From NCBI GenBank assembly GCA_028023455.1, contig JAQFVV010000007.1, positions 11,718,001-11,782,000 of the forward strand: a stretch of DNA of 64,000 nucleotides. Direction: 5' to 3'. Under the pieces are notes generated by a model. The model was not told where the DNA came from, made no database searches, and saw only the letters and a program-made list of their open reading frames with translations. Made by a program: the position numbers and the translations under genes. Source of the stretch: Epiperipatus broadwayi (lineage: Eukaryota; Animalia; Onychophora). Positions 49,915 through 64,000 of the stretch are shown piece by piece. The first letter of the stretch is position 1; every line of letters starts with the position of its first letter.

Positions 49915-50905
49915 AAACATTCTATAGCAGTTTTAAAAAAATTACTTTGTGAAATAAAATGAAAAATTAAAGGTATAAAAGTAAATGAGATTATTTAAAT
50001 CATCAAGATTTTGAAGATGACTTTATAATACTTCAAAGCTTTAGAAATGGTTGCAATGTCTTTTACTTAAAAGCAAACAAAAAAGATTTAAAGATAAATG
50101 ATAAATTAAAACTAAAGATTTTTCAAAAAAAGAAAAAAAGAAAATGAAGATTGATAACCACATGATCAGCACTTCCTATGTTTACCCAATCTATTAAAAC
50201 AGTAGCAATCTCTCCAAACAATAGTGCCTTTTAGAATCCATTTATTTCTATAGCTTGCACTGGTTGGCACTACTGTTTGGTGAAAGATGCTATTGTTTTA
50301 AGATAGATAGGAAAATGAAGATTGATAATAATGAATTGAAAGAAGTTAGCGAGTACAAATATCTTGGTCAGATTAGGTTACAATGAATGAAATTAATCAT
50401 GCAGTCTAAATTAATATGGAATAATTTTAATATTGAAAGCAAATATATCCATGTGTTTGATATAAGCGATTTTTAAGTAAAAATATATCTACAGCGTATG
50501 TGCCTATACTAAGATATGGTCACTTAATATAAAAAGAATACTCAGGCATTACATGATAAAATTGGAGAAATATATATACTGGGAATAATAAAAAATAATT
50601 GATTATAAAGTATACAGATGAGAGGACAGTAGAGATCACTGATATCACTAAAAGGGTAAGGAGGATAATATCGAACAGAGATGGATGTGTTTGAGAAGAA
50701 ATGAATATATATATATATATTTGTAGTTGTAAACTAGATTGTAAAATTTGTAGAAATCTTAGAAAGAAACTGTATGTGTGATTAATGGATGGTGTAAGGA
50801 AGTTTGATCAGATACTGAAGAAAAGAGATATTACGAGTGGGAAAAAAAATGAATTAAACTTAGAAAAATTTTCATCTTGAAGTAAATTTATAATAAGTGA
50901 AAACA
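49915..50905 (+). mobile_element. Older, strongly diverged copy of the same RTE family
   Basis: Collinear with 20760-21600 (aaagtaaatgagattatttaaatcat...gattttgaagatga; gaagttagcgagtacaaatatcttggtcagatta; ...ttttcatcttgaagt 3' end). Confidence 0.75.
50158..50310 (-). mobile_element. Family 1-related short hairpin insertion inside the old RTE
   Basis: Perfect 18-bp TSD GAAAATGAAGATTGATAA at 50140-50157 and 50311-50328. Arms aaaacagtagcaatctctccaaacaatagtgcc / ggcactactgtttggtgaaagatgctattgtttt, with the tail on the left. Truncated before the ribozyme. Confidence 0.75.
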
Positions 50906-53365
50906 GTGATAATAATGAGCGCAGGGCAGCTAGGCTTGTGGATATATGTATGCGCACACAATTTTTTAGAACGACTTTTATATACACAGACACATCCAAA
51001 GTTTTAAAAAATCCGTTTACACTATTTACAAGAAAAACTTTATGCTCCTTTTAATTTTAAATTAGAAACATTGTGGGTCTTTTCAAACCAAATGCGATTA
51101 ATATCCATTCATGTAGCAGTAAAATTCAATTAATGCAAAAGAAGGTAGTTTTCTTTTTCAGTAGATTTCCCAAGTTCTGCATCACTTAAACTAATTCATT
51201 ACAGGTCCTACTTGAAAAACAACCAAAAAGATATTCTTTTGAATTCACTTAACCGGCTGAGTCCTAGCAATTAAATGCAAATAAACTTTGATTTTTTGGG
51301 AAAAAATGCGAATGACTCGGGAGTTAATGCATAAAAAATAAATTTGCCTGTTCATATATATATAGTAATCTTTTGAAAAGCAGATTTTAGATGCCAAAGA
51401 GAATATTATTAATGACATTAATGATCAAATAATAGGAATTGCTATATAATGCGAGTGTATGTGTGTTTATGTTAAAATGAAGGATTTTTATATGATAAAA
51501 AATATGAATATAATTGCAAATTCTGCTGTGTATGTGTGATTTCTTGTTATTACAATACTATCAATGTTTATACTGGATGTTACCTATCATCATCTCGTGA
51601 TACAGATGATTTGATAATTGTTGCTGTAGACACTAGTAGTGGAAAGGAGACTGCGCAGTACCTGTCACATGATTTAGCTATTATTTATTCTATTAAATAT
51701 GAAATTCAAAAAGGGTTATATTTAAAAATAAAGGAAGTAATTAATTTAATATTTCTGTGCATTTGGTTTTTATTTATTATCAATATATATAAATAGAGAT
51801 AGAAATGTGATGTTTTATGCTATTTATTAATGCAGTCCTACTTTTTCAAATTTCAATATCTCACCAATTGTGCTGTTAAATTGAAAGTTACAGTTAGGGT
51901 AGTGGTGATGAATGTAATTAAGAGTTAACATGAAAAATAGAAGAGCTAAAGTTTCTGAATTAAAACATCACTATCATTTTGGTATTTGAACATCATAAGA
52001 TCTTTCAGAGCCGTAATAATTGTTTTTCTTTATGATTTACTATTAAGGTTTTCCATTTTTTTTTAAAAATGAAAGATATCAGCTAGCTAGCTAAATGAAT
52101 TTATTTCAAATATAACCCATACATGAAGGAATTTTATAAATTTACTGACATAGGTAAAAAAAATATTCTGGGTTCGATTATTAGCTATTTATGTATGTAA
52201 TATCAAAGTTCCTGAAAAACTTGAAGTATATTATTCAGCACTTTAGTACTTATTATTAAAAGTTGATAACAACAACTCATGATTTTAACATTTCCTTTAC
52301 CTTTGGGGAGAAATAGTAGAACACTAAGAACGATTAACCATTTGAAATACAAGTCAAAATCCTGTACACCAATAAATACTTAACTCTTGATTTATTCCTT
52401 GAAGGAAAACTTTGGAGCTCTGAGAAATAATATGCTCTATGCTCAAATTGAACAGCTTTGTTTGATCTTGCAAAAAGTTCAATGCATGAATCATGATTTG
52501 GTGCAGTTGTAGAATGGTAGATTCTGGAAGTCATAGAACATGGATCATAGTCTATCCTTTTATTTCCAGTTTTCAAACTGCTGATCAAATCATGAACAAT
52601 TTAATTATTTAATTAAATGCATCTCACCTCTGCCTTTTTCAGTGGTCACATCTTTAAAAAACTTTTGAAGCACAAACCATTGTCAGTTTTTTTATATATA
52701 TTTAATGCTAAGATATATTATATAATAAATTAAATAAATTCATTTCAAAATTAAATACCAAACTTTGTGCTTTAAAATGTAAATCATATTCAAAAATATG
52801 CAATTTAGAAATGCAATCAAGTCTTAGAATATACAAAATAAGTTAAAAGCCAGCAGGCATAAGAGGCAAGAATAGATGAGATTTATATATTGAAAGCTAA
52901 ACTTACTTAAATTGTGATCAATCATAAACACATGATTAAGTTGAAATAATGTCATCGAAATTATTCATGAATGCCTGGCATCAGTCTTAGCGAGATGATA
53001 ATAATTTAGAAAAAAATATTAATGACTAAAAGAAAGATTTAAATTGTTTTAAATAAAATATGCGTTAATCCATATTTTAATAACAATGTACATTTATATA
53101 AAGATGTGTATTTATACACAACATGCATTGCCATTAAAATTTTTGAAAATTCCGCAAAAGAAAAATCTATAATTAAAAATAATAATAGTAATAAATTTAT
53201 AAAAGAATATTTAAATGAATATTTGCTTAATCTCTACATTTTATTAATGCCATTTTTTTTTATCATTTTACTAAAATAACCAATTTATTTAATGTGACTC
53301 TCTGTTTTTTCATAACTATTGCCTTTTTTTATTTGTTTGTTTAATAATTCTGAAATAGGATAGGT

Positions 53366-53733
53366 CAGGGGTCCCCAACCTTTTTGCGCTTAAGAGCACA
53401 TTCTATAATACCAGTCAGGTCGCAGGCACCATTTATTTTTTCAATGTAAATTTATAGTTGGATATTGTTAATAGTACACATAATGTACAAAAAAATATTT
53501 ATTTCAAAAATAAAATTTTAACATATAATTAACTTTTATATTTTTATGCTGTAAAGGTATAGTATGCCCTACAATTTGATTACAATATAATACAATAATT
53601 TATAAGAAATTTTAAAAATTCAATTTATTTGTATCAGATAAATAATTTTTTATCATGTTTGGATAGTGGCGCGCACATGTAAAATGGTCTGCGGGCGCCA
53701 TGGTGCCCGCGGGCATAGGGTTGGGGACCCCTG
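53366..53733. mobile_element. Young hAT (Buster/Charlie-type) MITE, 368 bp
   Basis: 15-bp TIR CAGGGGTCCCCAACC / GGTTGGGGACCCCTG. 8-bp TSD GGATAGGT / GGATGGGT (nnnTAnnn type). CpG-rich right end. Confidence 0.9.
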
Positions 53734-54201
53734 GGATGGGTCATATGAAATTTCGTTTTCTATTTTATAATCACCCACAGATACAATCAGTAGACTTTTA
53801 AGTTATTTTAGGTTATTTATATAATCTTAAAATAATAATTATGCAAAAATAGAATGACAGACATTGAACTTTAAATCCAGGGATTGAGATCCAACTCCCG
53901 TCTTTTCTGTTGCTTGAACTTTTTATAAACTCTCTGTGCTAAAGCCAATTAATTTTTTTAATGCAAAAAATTAAAGATAATAGGTATACTATTTTCCTAA
54001 AGCTTCGTTATGGCAGTATTTTAGTTATATACTACACTATTTCTATCATCTAATATTAACCATTGAATGTCTTAAAAAAATTTAACTTTATTTAAATTTT
54101 CCAATTACATTCAACTGTTGTTAATGGGGTAGCACATATGTTAGTATAGACACAACATTTCATGTGGTATTATTCTCCTTTTTTTTCAGTTTTTGCTGGC
54201 A

Positions 54202-54392
54202 TTAAAATTCAATATTCAAGAAGCTAAAAGTCCAGGTCCAATTTCCACACTAGTATTGTCACTGGTTAGGCCAGGAAGATGTGAAGAAGATGGGAGTATA
54301 ATAATACTCTAAATGTAGTGCCTATACTAACACGTGTGATATTATTAACAGTTGAACATAATTGAAAAATTTAAATGAAGTTAATTTTTATT
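54202..54392 (+). mobile_element. Family 4 repeat, sense unit
   Basis: ttaaaattcaatattcaagaa...ctagtattgtcactggttaggccag...aatttaaatgaagtt matches 17980-18165. Confidence 0.65.
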
Positions 54393-55407
54393 ACCACATT
54401 TATTACTTAATATTAGATAAGGAAGATAGTCCAATATATAAGTATAACTAATACCTATGCTGCTTCATATATGGAAGAAATATCAAAACAACACATCGAG
54501 AAAATATCAAAACTGTTAAATATATCAGTGATCCATTTTCTACACTGAGTAGCCTCCTTAAAGGCAACCATTATTTTTAAAATAAAAATAGATATTTAAA
54601 GTTAGTAATAGCTCTGAACATTTGAAAAAGAAATAAAAATATTTGAAAAGGATTGAGGTATAGGGCTTATCTTTTTCTAGATAATTTTATATACATGAAC
54701 AGGGGCTGAGTAAATAATAAAAACACTTATTAAGAATTGTTTAGCAAATAAGTAGAATAGCATGTAAGTGTAAATCCAGGGAATGATGATAGGCTAAAGC
54801 CATTCTATCTCCAATCTTCATCCAGTACCATTACTGAATAAATACATGTATTATACAATAACATAGTTTAGCTGTTCACTACAAAAATGTAAGATGTTAC
54901 CATGAGTGAATCATGTGTTATGACATGAAATGTGTCAGCATATTTTACATCTTAATTCATGATGGAATCATGTCTTAATGTTAAAATTTATTTTAAATTG
55001 AGATAAACCGATAAATAAAATATTTTATATGATTTCCTCTATTTACATAAGCAAAGCCATAAGTTGTAATAAGGTTTTTAAATGGTTTTCATAATTTCAA
55101 GATAGCAGCATAAATATTAAAGATGATTGACATAGACACAAAACATGCACTTATATTTTTTGTTGTAACTCATGACCTAGACATGTTAATATCTTAAAAT
55201 TTCTGTGGTGAATAAATGAATTATGCCACTCTATAAAACAAGCATTGATTTAGAAATGCTCTTGTAGGTAATTTGGAAAGTAATACATTGTTAGTCACTA
55301 CACTGTCATAAGATTTTTTCTTGTTTTTTTTTTTTTATAGATACAATCTTTCGAATTGTATAAACAGTATCTAAAGCTAAGTTTAAATATATCTAATATA
55401 TGTTGAT

Positions 55408-55412
<5 letters not shown>

Positions 55413-55474
<62 letters not shown>
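55413..55474. repeat. (AT)n(GT)n compound microsatellite
   Basis: Direct reading. Confidence 0.95.
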
Positions 55475-55475
<1 letters not shown>

Positions 55476-56634
55476 TAAATTATAATATGGATTATGTATT
55501 TCTTACACTGTTGAAAAGTGAACTGTTTTTCAAAATGCATCCATAGTGAGAGAGATTGGTCTTGCATATGTGCTGATGTACAGTTGTGATAATATAAAAC
55601 TAAGGTATCAGCTGCAATGATAAAAACTTAGAAATATATATTTCTACTAGACTTATTATCACAGAAAATATTCAAATAGCTTAGTGAAATTAATAATATA
55701 ATCATAAATACACAATACAAATGTTAACTCTTTTTTTTTAATGTTTAGTCTTAATAAGAAATGAAATCACAAATTTCTAATTTGAATAAATTTAATCTTT
55801 CCAGAATAATTATTTTATTTTTGATACATATACTAATTATACAATACCCTGAATAAAGAATCAGATTCTGTGGCATAAGGTCCTTGAATTGATTTGATTC
55901 CAGTTTAGATTCTTTGAACACTGAAACTTTTTATTAACTTTCAAGCTACAAAACAAGTATTTATTTATTTTATTTGACAATGAAAACATGAAATGCAGCC
56001 ATTTTTTCCAACCCGCATTAAGTAGTAAGCATATTATATCTTAAGTAAAAATAATACATAGTTTAATTAATAAGCAATCTAAAAAGTCAATGACTATTTA
56101 CTTGAAAGAGTTAGAGTTAAACCATACTTTGTTTAAATTATTATTTGAATATCTCCAAAGTTAGGTATTTTTCTCTTTTTAATCAATAAGTAGCAAGAAT
56201 TTACACAGGACATTGTTGCTAATAGCAAATTGTAAATTAATGGAAATTTTATGTTGAATTGTACATTTTTTCTGATCTAAGAACAGGGCTTCCATGTGAT
56301 TGTATTATCAAATGGAAACCATATGCATCCACATGTCTCAAATTTAATTATAAAGAGATACAAAGAAAAGATGCTGACAATGGCCAGATATTTAATTTTA
56401 AATTTTAGTTAAAAAAATAAATAAAACAATAACTAAAATAAATGCAAATTCAATTATCATTAAATGATATGGAGGTAATATTGAGGAATAAAGAAGAAAA
56501 AAAAATGGCAATAAGTAAAGAAAAAAAATTGAAAGAAAGAAATAACAGTTGTATGGTTATAAGAAGACAAATTATGTTTTAAAATTAAAGCTTTATTATT
56601 GAATTGAAATGAAGAAATTCTTAAAATCATTATT

Positions 56635-56741
56635 AATGCGATAGTAGGGACCTCTACAGGTGTTTTAACCACAAGCTTATGCTATGGAAGAAAAGAGGGG
56701 CTTGTGGTTAAAACACCTGTAGAGGTCCCTACTATCGCATT
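56635..56741. repeat. Perfect 42-bp inverted repeat with a 23-nt loop
   Basis: aatgcgatagtagggacctctacaggtgttttaaccacaagc (56635-56676) and its exact reverse complement at 56700-56741. Confidence 0.95.
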
Positions 56742-57226
56742 TTTAAATGCATATTATTGAGGTTATAGCCTCAGTAAATATTACTTATGTAATCAATGTG
56801 CGTTTAATAAATTTATAATTAAAATCATTATTATAACTACTGACATAAAAGATAAGGGGACAAACCTTAGGGAATCTTACATAAGGATTTTAAGAGTTGT
56901 GTGATTTAGTATTGAATTGAGAGATACAGAAAGATATATTTTAGGACAAATCTGAGGTGATTGTATATTGACCTTGTATAAGAATTTCATTTCTGGTTTT
57001 TCTTCTTTGCATTAAGGAAATATTGAATGGTCATTAAAATTTAAAATATGTGGCAAAGACAGATTGAACATTAAGGATATCTCTCTTAGAATATGTGTTT
57101 CATCTTAAAATATAAAATAATTGAATATTTCTCAGTTGTTAAAGAATCATGTGTTCTAGTAATGCTACAGTAAGTGTTGTTTTTTGTGACTATTTATAAT
57201 ACTATTTTATTCATTTTTGTGTTCAA

Positions 57227-57298
57227 GTGTTGGTGACCTAGCAGTTAGCATAGCTGCCTTCCAAGCAGCTAGCCCAGGTTTGCTTCCCAGTCAATGCA
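57227..57298 (+). pseudogene. tRNA-Gly(TCC) pseudogene or SINE head
   Basis: GTGTTGGTGACCTAGCAGTTAGCATAGCTGCCTTCCAAGCAGCTAGCCCAGGTTTGCTTCCCAGTCAATGCA. The TCC anticodon is intact, but the A box, B box and T stem are damaged by transitions, several at CpG sites. Confidence 0.85.
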
Positions 57299-58812
57299 TT
57301 TGACATATGACAAAAAAAAGAAACTGGAACTAAAATTTATATTGATTAATTAACTCAAAAATATGAAGATATTTATATCATAGAGTTATCAGAAGTTCAA
57401 AAGAGCTGTCAAAATAAATGTTTGGTAATATCATAATAGAAAGAAGCCAGTAGTGTCACTAATTGTTTTCAAAAAGGTTTTGAGAGTTAGCACTTTTTTT
57501 TTTGTTTCATTGGAAATAAAAAAATGGGTATTTTGTGTTTTTTTTTTTTCATATTTATTCTTATTAATACAACATATTTATAAAATATTGTTTTTAAATC
57601 AGAAATATTAATAATTACAATTAGATTTTATTTGAAAAGATTTGTTTTTAAAAAGACAAGTCAAATAACATTGTCTTTCATAAACACCATTTCAGATTTT
57701 TAATATATATAGATATATATTAAAAATTATAAGTGTAATTTTAAATTCAAAAATTTGTTGCTTTAGAATGTTTGAATAAGAATTCATTTTAATTTTAAAA
57801 ATGGAGTTAAAATAAAAAATAATATTTTAAATATTTTTTAAATTGGCAAATCATTCAGAAAGAAAATTATTGATTTATCACATACTTAATTTTAATATTT
57901 TATCCCCTATATTTGTGAAGTTAAAATACTATCTTTTACAATTTATTTTCTTTGTAAACTTAAGTTTTTAATAAAAAATGAAAAGATTATCAAAATATGA
58001 TATAGAAGAAAGGTTTAGTTGCAAAAATAGCAAATATGACTAAACTGCCATTAGGGATTGTCAAAATGGAGTTGGTGGTAATGAATTAAAATTACTAATA
58101 TTTTATATTCGATTCATATAGGAAAGCTGTAATAAAATACTGTTTCAAAAAATAACTAACATAAGCTGATTTTAGCTTTCCTTTATATAATAAAAAAATA
58201 AGTGTAAATGATTTTGATTTTAAGTAAAAAAGATTTGGCTATCTGTCTATAGAAAACAGAAACTTTCTGTTAATCAAATATATTGTATTACATTTTGTGC
58301 TTTATACTTTCAATGCATCTAAACTTAGCTGACCCATGAAAGTTAATCTGGAACCAGAACTGGATTCAATCACTGGCAATACTAGACTTGGAGACATAGA
58401 AAGTCAAAACTTGCTAATATATTAACATGAGAAACAAAAACTCATTTTCTTTTTAATTAATTTGAAGAAAGTAGAAGTAAGCTAAAATTTTAGCAACAAT
58501 AACAATATTCTTTATATTTTTTCATTATATATAAAGAAGTTGATTGGAAATCAAAATTATCAGCTATTTTAGATATTTGAATATGATAAAACATTACAAT
58601 ATCATTATGCATAGTGCATAAAAGAGTGTATTGATATTATTTGTTTATGTTAGCAACCTTCACTAATCTTCAGTTTTGTACATAAATTTTTTATAATTAA
58701 TTAAAAAATGTAAATCTTCTTTTAGTATTTTTATTGAATAAGAGCAATCAATAATGCAAAAGTTCTATAACATGGATCTTATTGGAATACTGGACATAAA
58801 AAACCTCAAAAG

Positions 58813-58815
<3 letters not shown>

Positions 58816-58874
<59 letters not shown>
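58816..58874. repeat. (TA)n microsatellite
   Basis: Direct reading. Confidence 0.95.
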
Positions 58875-58879
<5 letters not shown>

Positions 58880-59102
58880 AATAATATAAGTATAATAACA
58901 ATATTCACTAGAATAAAAACTACAAATTTTTAAAAATGCGTATAAAATTAAAGATTAAATTTTGTATAGTAGCCGGTATATTCACCATCAGTAGCAATCT
59001 AATATTTAACGGTTGCTATAAGATGGTGGAATATAGTGTATAGCAAAGAATTTTAATCTTTAATTTTATACAGGCATTTTTTAAAATTTGTAGTTTTTCA
59101 GG

Positions 59103-59107
<5 letters not shown>

Positions 59108-59185
<78 letters not shown>
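59108..59185. repeat. (TA)n microsatellite
   Basis: Direct reading. Confidence 0.95.
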
Positions 59186-59187
<2 letters not shown>

Positions 59188-61149
59188 AGTTAGATAGTGG
59201 TCTATGTCAATGTATAATTTACTTTAAAATTATAGTAGTTGGCAATTTAAAATCAAATTCAGGCTTCATAAATGGTATTTAAGTTTTTTATATAAATTTC
59301 TATTTTGTAAGCATAACATCTTGATAAAGGTCTAAGTATAGAACAAAGATGAGTCAATTTAAGTTTAGGTAAAAATAAAAAAGATAATTTATTAATTTAT
59401 TTCAAATAAATGTTCTAAATATTATGTTATAGGAATAAAGCTTAATTAAATATTACCCATAAAATTTTGCTCAAATAGCTTACTTTTTACTATTTGAAAT
59501 TCTTGGAATCCAATTTCTTTTAAGCTTTATTTAATGTTATAAAAATGTTTAAATTTCAATTAAAACATAATTTTAGGGATTAAGACAGCTAAGTGTTGTC
59601 TATAAATGTATAGGCTCTTGTTAAATTAAAAAAAAATTGCAAACCTGAATAATTAAAATAATTACTAACTTGTTTAATTAAAAGAATTGTGAAAATATGG
59701 ATAATTATAATTATTTCTGTCTTGTTAACTAAAAAAAAATGTTTTTTTTTTTTAACTTTTTAAAATTCATAATAATATATAAATAGTCAAATTGGCAAAT
59801 AATTTTGTTTTTGTCTTTGTTTTTGCCTACTCAACATGGAATATATGAAATCTCTATCCACAGCTGAGAGAACCAAAATGCATTGCTGACTGCAACAAAA
59901 GAACTCTACTTCTCCAACATGAAGCCCATAATCATTAATATGTCAAACTTTATTTGCTGAATTTAATCCAATGCAATTCCAACTATCTTCACATATGCAG
60001 TTAAAAAAACTCTCAATAGTAAAAAAAAAAAACTTTTATACAAACTCCACATTAAAGATTTTTTACAACTCTGTCTGGAAACAACCTCAATGATGAATAA
60101 GTTTTAAAACATGTAAATGGGAAGTCTTTAAGAGTAAACCACCAAAGATCTCTCTTTTCAAAAACATACATACATAAATATAATTTTACTTTTATAAAAA
60201 TATATCTGCTTAAATGTATCCTGGACTGAAGATAACCTGTTTTTTATGAACTATTTGATTTTAATTCCACATAATATACTTTAAAAATTTTTAATATTTT
60301 TACTTTTGCAGATGTGATAATAGTTTTATACTTTTAAATATTTGAAATATAAATGAAAATTAATTTTGTTTCTTATTTTTTTTTCCTTCTAAGGAATTTT
60401 AAGATCACTCCTGCCATTTTAAGAATCAAAATTTAATTTGAAAAAAATCAATATTTAGTTTTAGATCATTATTTTTTCTAAAGAAAATAATTTAATAAAA
60501 AGAATATAAAAAATTTGGTTATTTTAAATAGTTAAAATTTAGTGTAATTAAAATTTAGTGTCTAAGATATTCAAAATCATTATGTAAGTAATAATATATG
60601 TGTGTAATGTAATGTGTGTAACATATAAATAATCCAATAAGTTGATTTTAGTATGCTTAAATTGGTAGGCAGTTTGCTCTACTTACTTTGCTTATAGTAC
60701 ATATATGTCTGAAATAAAAGATTTGTATATATGTGTGTGTGACTTTTATATATTTTATCTGCTGCACTTGAGTTTTTTATATATTTTCTTGCCTCTCTAT
60801 GATATATTATTCCCACTTAAGCTTCTTGTGGATGATTTTTGATGTTGCTTTGGGCATAGAGATGATTAAAGGCTATTTATTGTTGTTGACATTTTAAATG
60901 GTATGGTGTCAAATGTGTAATATATAGGTCTATGGATTTTGAAGATTTATAGTTAATTTAAGCTACTTGTTTTTAATGAGAAAATGAAATGCACAACACA
61001 TCTATCACAATGAGATAAATAAAAGTGTTATTGAGTCTGCAAAGATGATAACATTTATTATGTAAAGTTTTGGGAATGCTAATATTTAAAGCTTCCAGAT
61101 ATCAAATATGATATATACTAGCATACAAAAATGTCAATTACAATTAGAC

Positions 61150-61347
61150 ATATGTTTGTATATACATTGCATTATATTGAACTAATAAACTTTGTTTTTT
61201 TATTGTTAGATCTTTTCTAGTGTTTATTTCTTTTGACTTCTTGGCAAATTGATATTTCTTAAGAATCTCAGTTGCCTGTGACCTAGAGGCAATTGTAACC
61301 TTTACAGTGGCAGAGTGAGTTAAAGCTCTAAACTTTTGATTGGTCAA
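61150..61347 (-). mobile_element. Possible LINE ORF1 fragment
   Basis: TVKVTIASRSQATEILKKYQFAKKSKEINTRKDLTIKKQ resembles the VxFxS...IL...K...IxxxxDLTxxQ motif of CR1/L2-type ORF1. Confidence 0.45.
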
Positions 61348-64000
61348 TTACAAAATCACAGTAAAAATATGTCTTTTAATACTATATTGGTTTTAGTTTA
61401 TTTTCTAAAAAGCAAATTAATAATTTGTTAGATTATTAAAGTGAATGATAGTTTTAAAAAAATATATATTTGTATTTATAATTATAAAAATAATTTATAG
61501 CAGAAAACCTAAAATGAATGTTTCATAACCTATAAGAAAATGCTGCCTACATCATTGATTTTATTTTTCAATTTATGTTCATGTAAAAGTAAAGAATTTT
61601 TACATAAAATCTCGACTATTCTTCTAAAATAATTATATTTTCAGCATATTTTATCAAAATAATTTATATATGTAAAAAATACTGTAAAACATTAATTTTT
61701 GGTTTTTGAAAATTAAACCAAGGAACATGGAGCTGTAAAATTGTTGACAAGCACTCCCTTTTGTTCAGAATGAGAAATAACCAATCATTGCCTTGGAAAG
61801 TCTGCCTTCTCTCATTGTTCTAGATTTACACTTAAATAATGTTGATTTTTTTTTACTTGTAAAATAATTCTAGAGAGGGCAGCATCTTAGTGGCATTCTG
61901 TGGTGTTGGATATTGGTGTGCCTACTGTTCATTAACGTATATATATATATATGTTGTATGTTAATGTGTAAAAAAGAGTAAATTATATTTTCCTCTGGCT
62001 ATGAATTTAAAGCACTTGAAATGTTGAATGAGGTTCAAGAATAAAATGAATCCACTGTTTCTTCAAACTCTGATGTTTATAAGCACAACTTTGTCAGTAT
62101 TGTTGATAATTCAGAGTGAAAATAATATATAAGCCTAGATGAAATGTAATACTTAGTATTTATTAAAGTAATAATCAAATATATAAGGGTAAAGACAGAA
62201 TATCTTTTTTAACATCTTGATTATAATAATTAAATAAAAATTAATATGTAAACATTAAATTAAACATAGCTCAATATATACATATGTTGTATGGATCAAA
62301 TAATTTAAAATTAATTCCAACATTATATATTTTTATTAATATACAATTGACCATTAATAAATAAAATTAAAATAGTAATATTAGACAATGGTTTTGAACA
62401 TGGACTCTCTTGTAAATTAACCCTCATTCTCAAAAATCCCAAAATAATCATACATTGTTCAATAGTTAATTGTTAACATATGTGAATAATTAAATAGTCA
62501 TTTTCCTACCAATATTAAGTAAATCACTAAATTGATTTTAAGGAACCAGCTAAAACTACATTTTGTTGAAAGTTTTACATAATTATAAATGTATTAAATC
62601 TTTTGCAGTTAATAAATTGATGTATTGTATATATTGTTACTGTATTTCAATCTGGTAGTATATTAATTGCATTTTGAATTTCCACCAATTTTAGCAAGAG
62701 TAGGCATATAAATAACAAAAGCTTAAAAATAGGCAGACTATTTTATTCTTAATAGTTTAAAAAATGTGAATTACTCATCATCTGAGGAAGACAGATTTAC
62801 TTCTTTTAATTACAATATATAAATATAATAAAAATAAATACCATGCATAATTACTTACATTTCACCAATAATATTAATAGCCTTATTGCATAAGAATAAA
62901 AATATAGATTCTGACCTTTCTAACAGAGAGTAGAAATATATGTATACATTTTTTATCTTATTGTAGCATGGATGTGACTATAGTTAATAGAACGTCATGC
63001 AATTGTTGTGATATATTTTAATTGTATATATGACATTTTAGGTGAGATTAGTAGCTGCCACAATATTAAAAATATATACATTGCTATAATGTATTATATA
63101 TTACATCTACAAACTAATGAAATTCATTGTTGTAGGAAAATAAAAATGAGAAACTACTCCTTGCTTATGATATATAAACTAAATCTGTTCAAGTAATATG
63201 GTGATATAAAAATCAGGCTTTTAATACGTCCATATCCTAACTTAGGCATGGCCAAGAATTAATACATTATTTAAAGAATAAACTATAACCATAAGTAGAC
63301 CCCCTATGTTTTTAAAACAATTATTGATTGGGAGAATGTGTGTCAATGTTAGGATATGTGTGAAGAGCGGTTACTTCCACAACATAATATATAATTTTAA
63401 ATATTTTTTTTAGTATGCTAAGCCAAACTACCATATATAATTTGACAGATATATAAAGTGCTAACTTTTAATACCACTTTCAGTATGTGTATTTTCAATT
63501 ATAATTTATGTTGAGACATGATTTGTACCTATTAGTATTAATGACAAATGTTTCAATTGTTTATGGCAAATGTTAATTTTCTCAAGAATTACTTTCATTA
63601 CTTTCGAGATAAATTGGATTTGACAATTAAAGATTTGCAACACATTAAATCAAGGCTACCTGACCACACCCCAGGTTTACAGTATTATTTTCATCAGACA
63701 GGAAACATTTTGTTCTATCAATAATAGAAAAAAATTGGTTAATATGTTGTGTATATATATATATTGTAAAGATTTCACAATATGGTGGTAATACATCATC
63801 TGCTTAACATTTTGTGACCTAAACTTGAATGTTTGCTGTATAAAATTTAAAAGGTTTTCACTTAAAATCAGATTTAGAATATTTCTTTTAGGGAATTGGC
63901 TTATCACTAACCTAAATAACTTATAATATTAGTGGTTAAATGATAAACAAAAATGGTAAACTAGTCAAATTTTTTACTTTCCAACAAATGATAAACTGGG

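Noticed and set aside
59830-60160. GC-richer patch with a possible 59-nt minus exon
   Set aside because: No recognisable protein or TE motif; it cannot be supported.

Overview
Very AT-rich (by eye about 75-78% AT), CpG-depleted eukaryotic DNA, most likely an invertebrate animal genome; the species cannot be determined from the sequence. I found no host protein-coding exon I can support, and no rRNA, CRISPR or prokaryotic system. The window looks like intronic or intergenic DNA filled with transposon remains. These include three clear Penelope-like element (PLE) remnants with GIY-YIG endonuclease motifs (two also with RT motifs), two RTE LINE copies, an L1/Tx1-like LINE, other LINE scraps, a mariner fragment, a young hAT MITE, a Tigger-like MITE, a 3.8 kb foldback element, three tRNA-Gly-derived units and microsatellites. 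The most notable signal is a dense set of short non-coding fold-back insertions (about 150-420 bp, at least 3-4 families). Most carry minimal type I hammerhead ribozyme motifs (CUGANGA...GAAA, palindromic stem III, NUH site). The best-supported family has copy-specific 10-18 bp target-site duplications and the inverted-pLTR plus truncated-pLTR-with-tail layout of PLE insertions. Hammerheads in PLEs are known biology; whether these short non-autonomous families have been described cannot be judged here. All translations, alignments and counts were done by hand. Boundaries of decayed elements are approximate.
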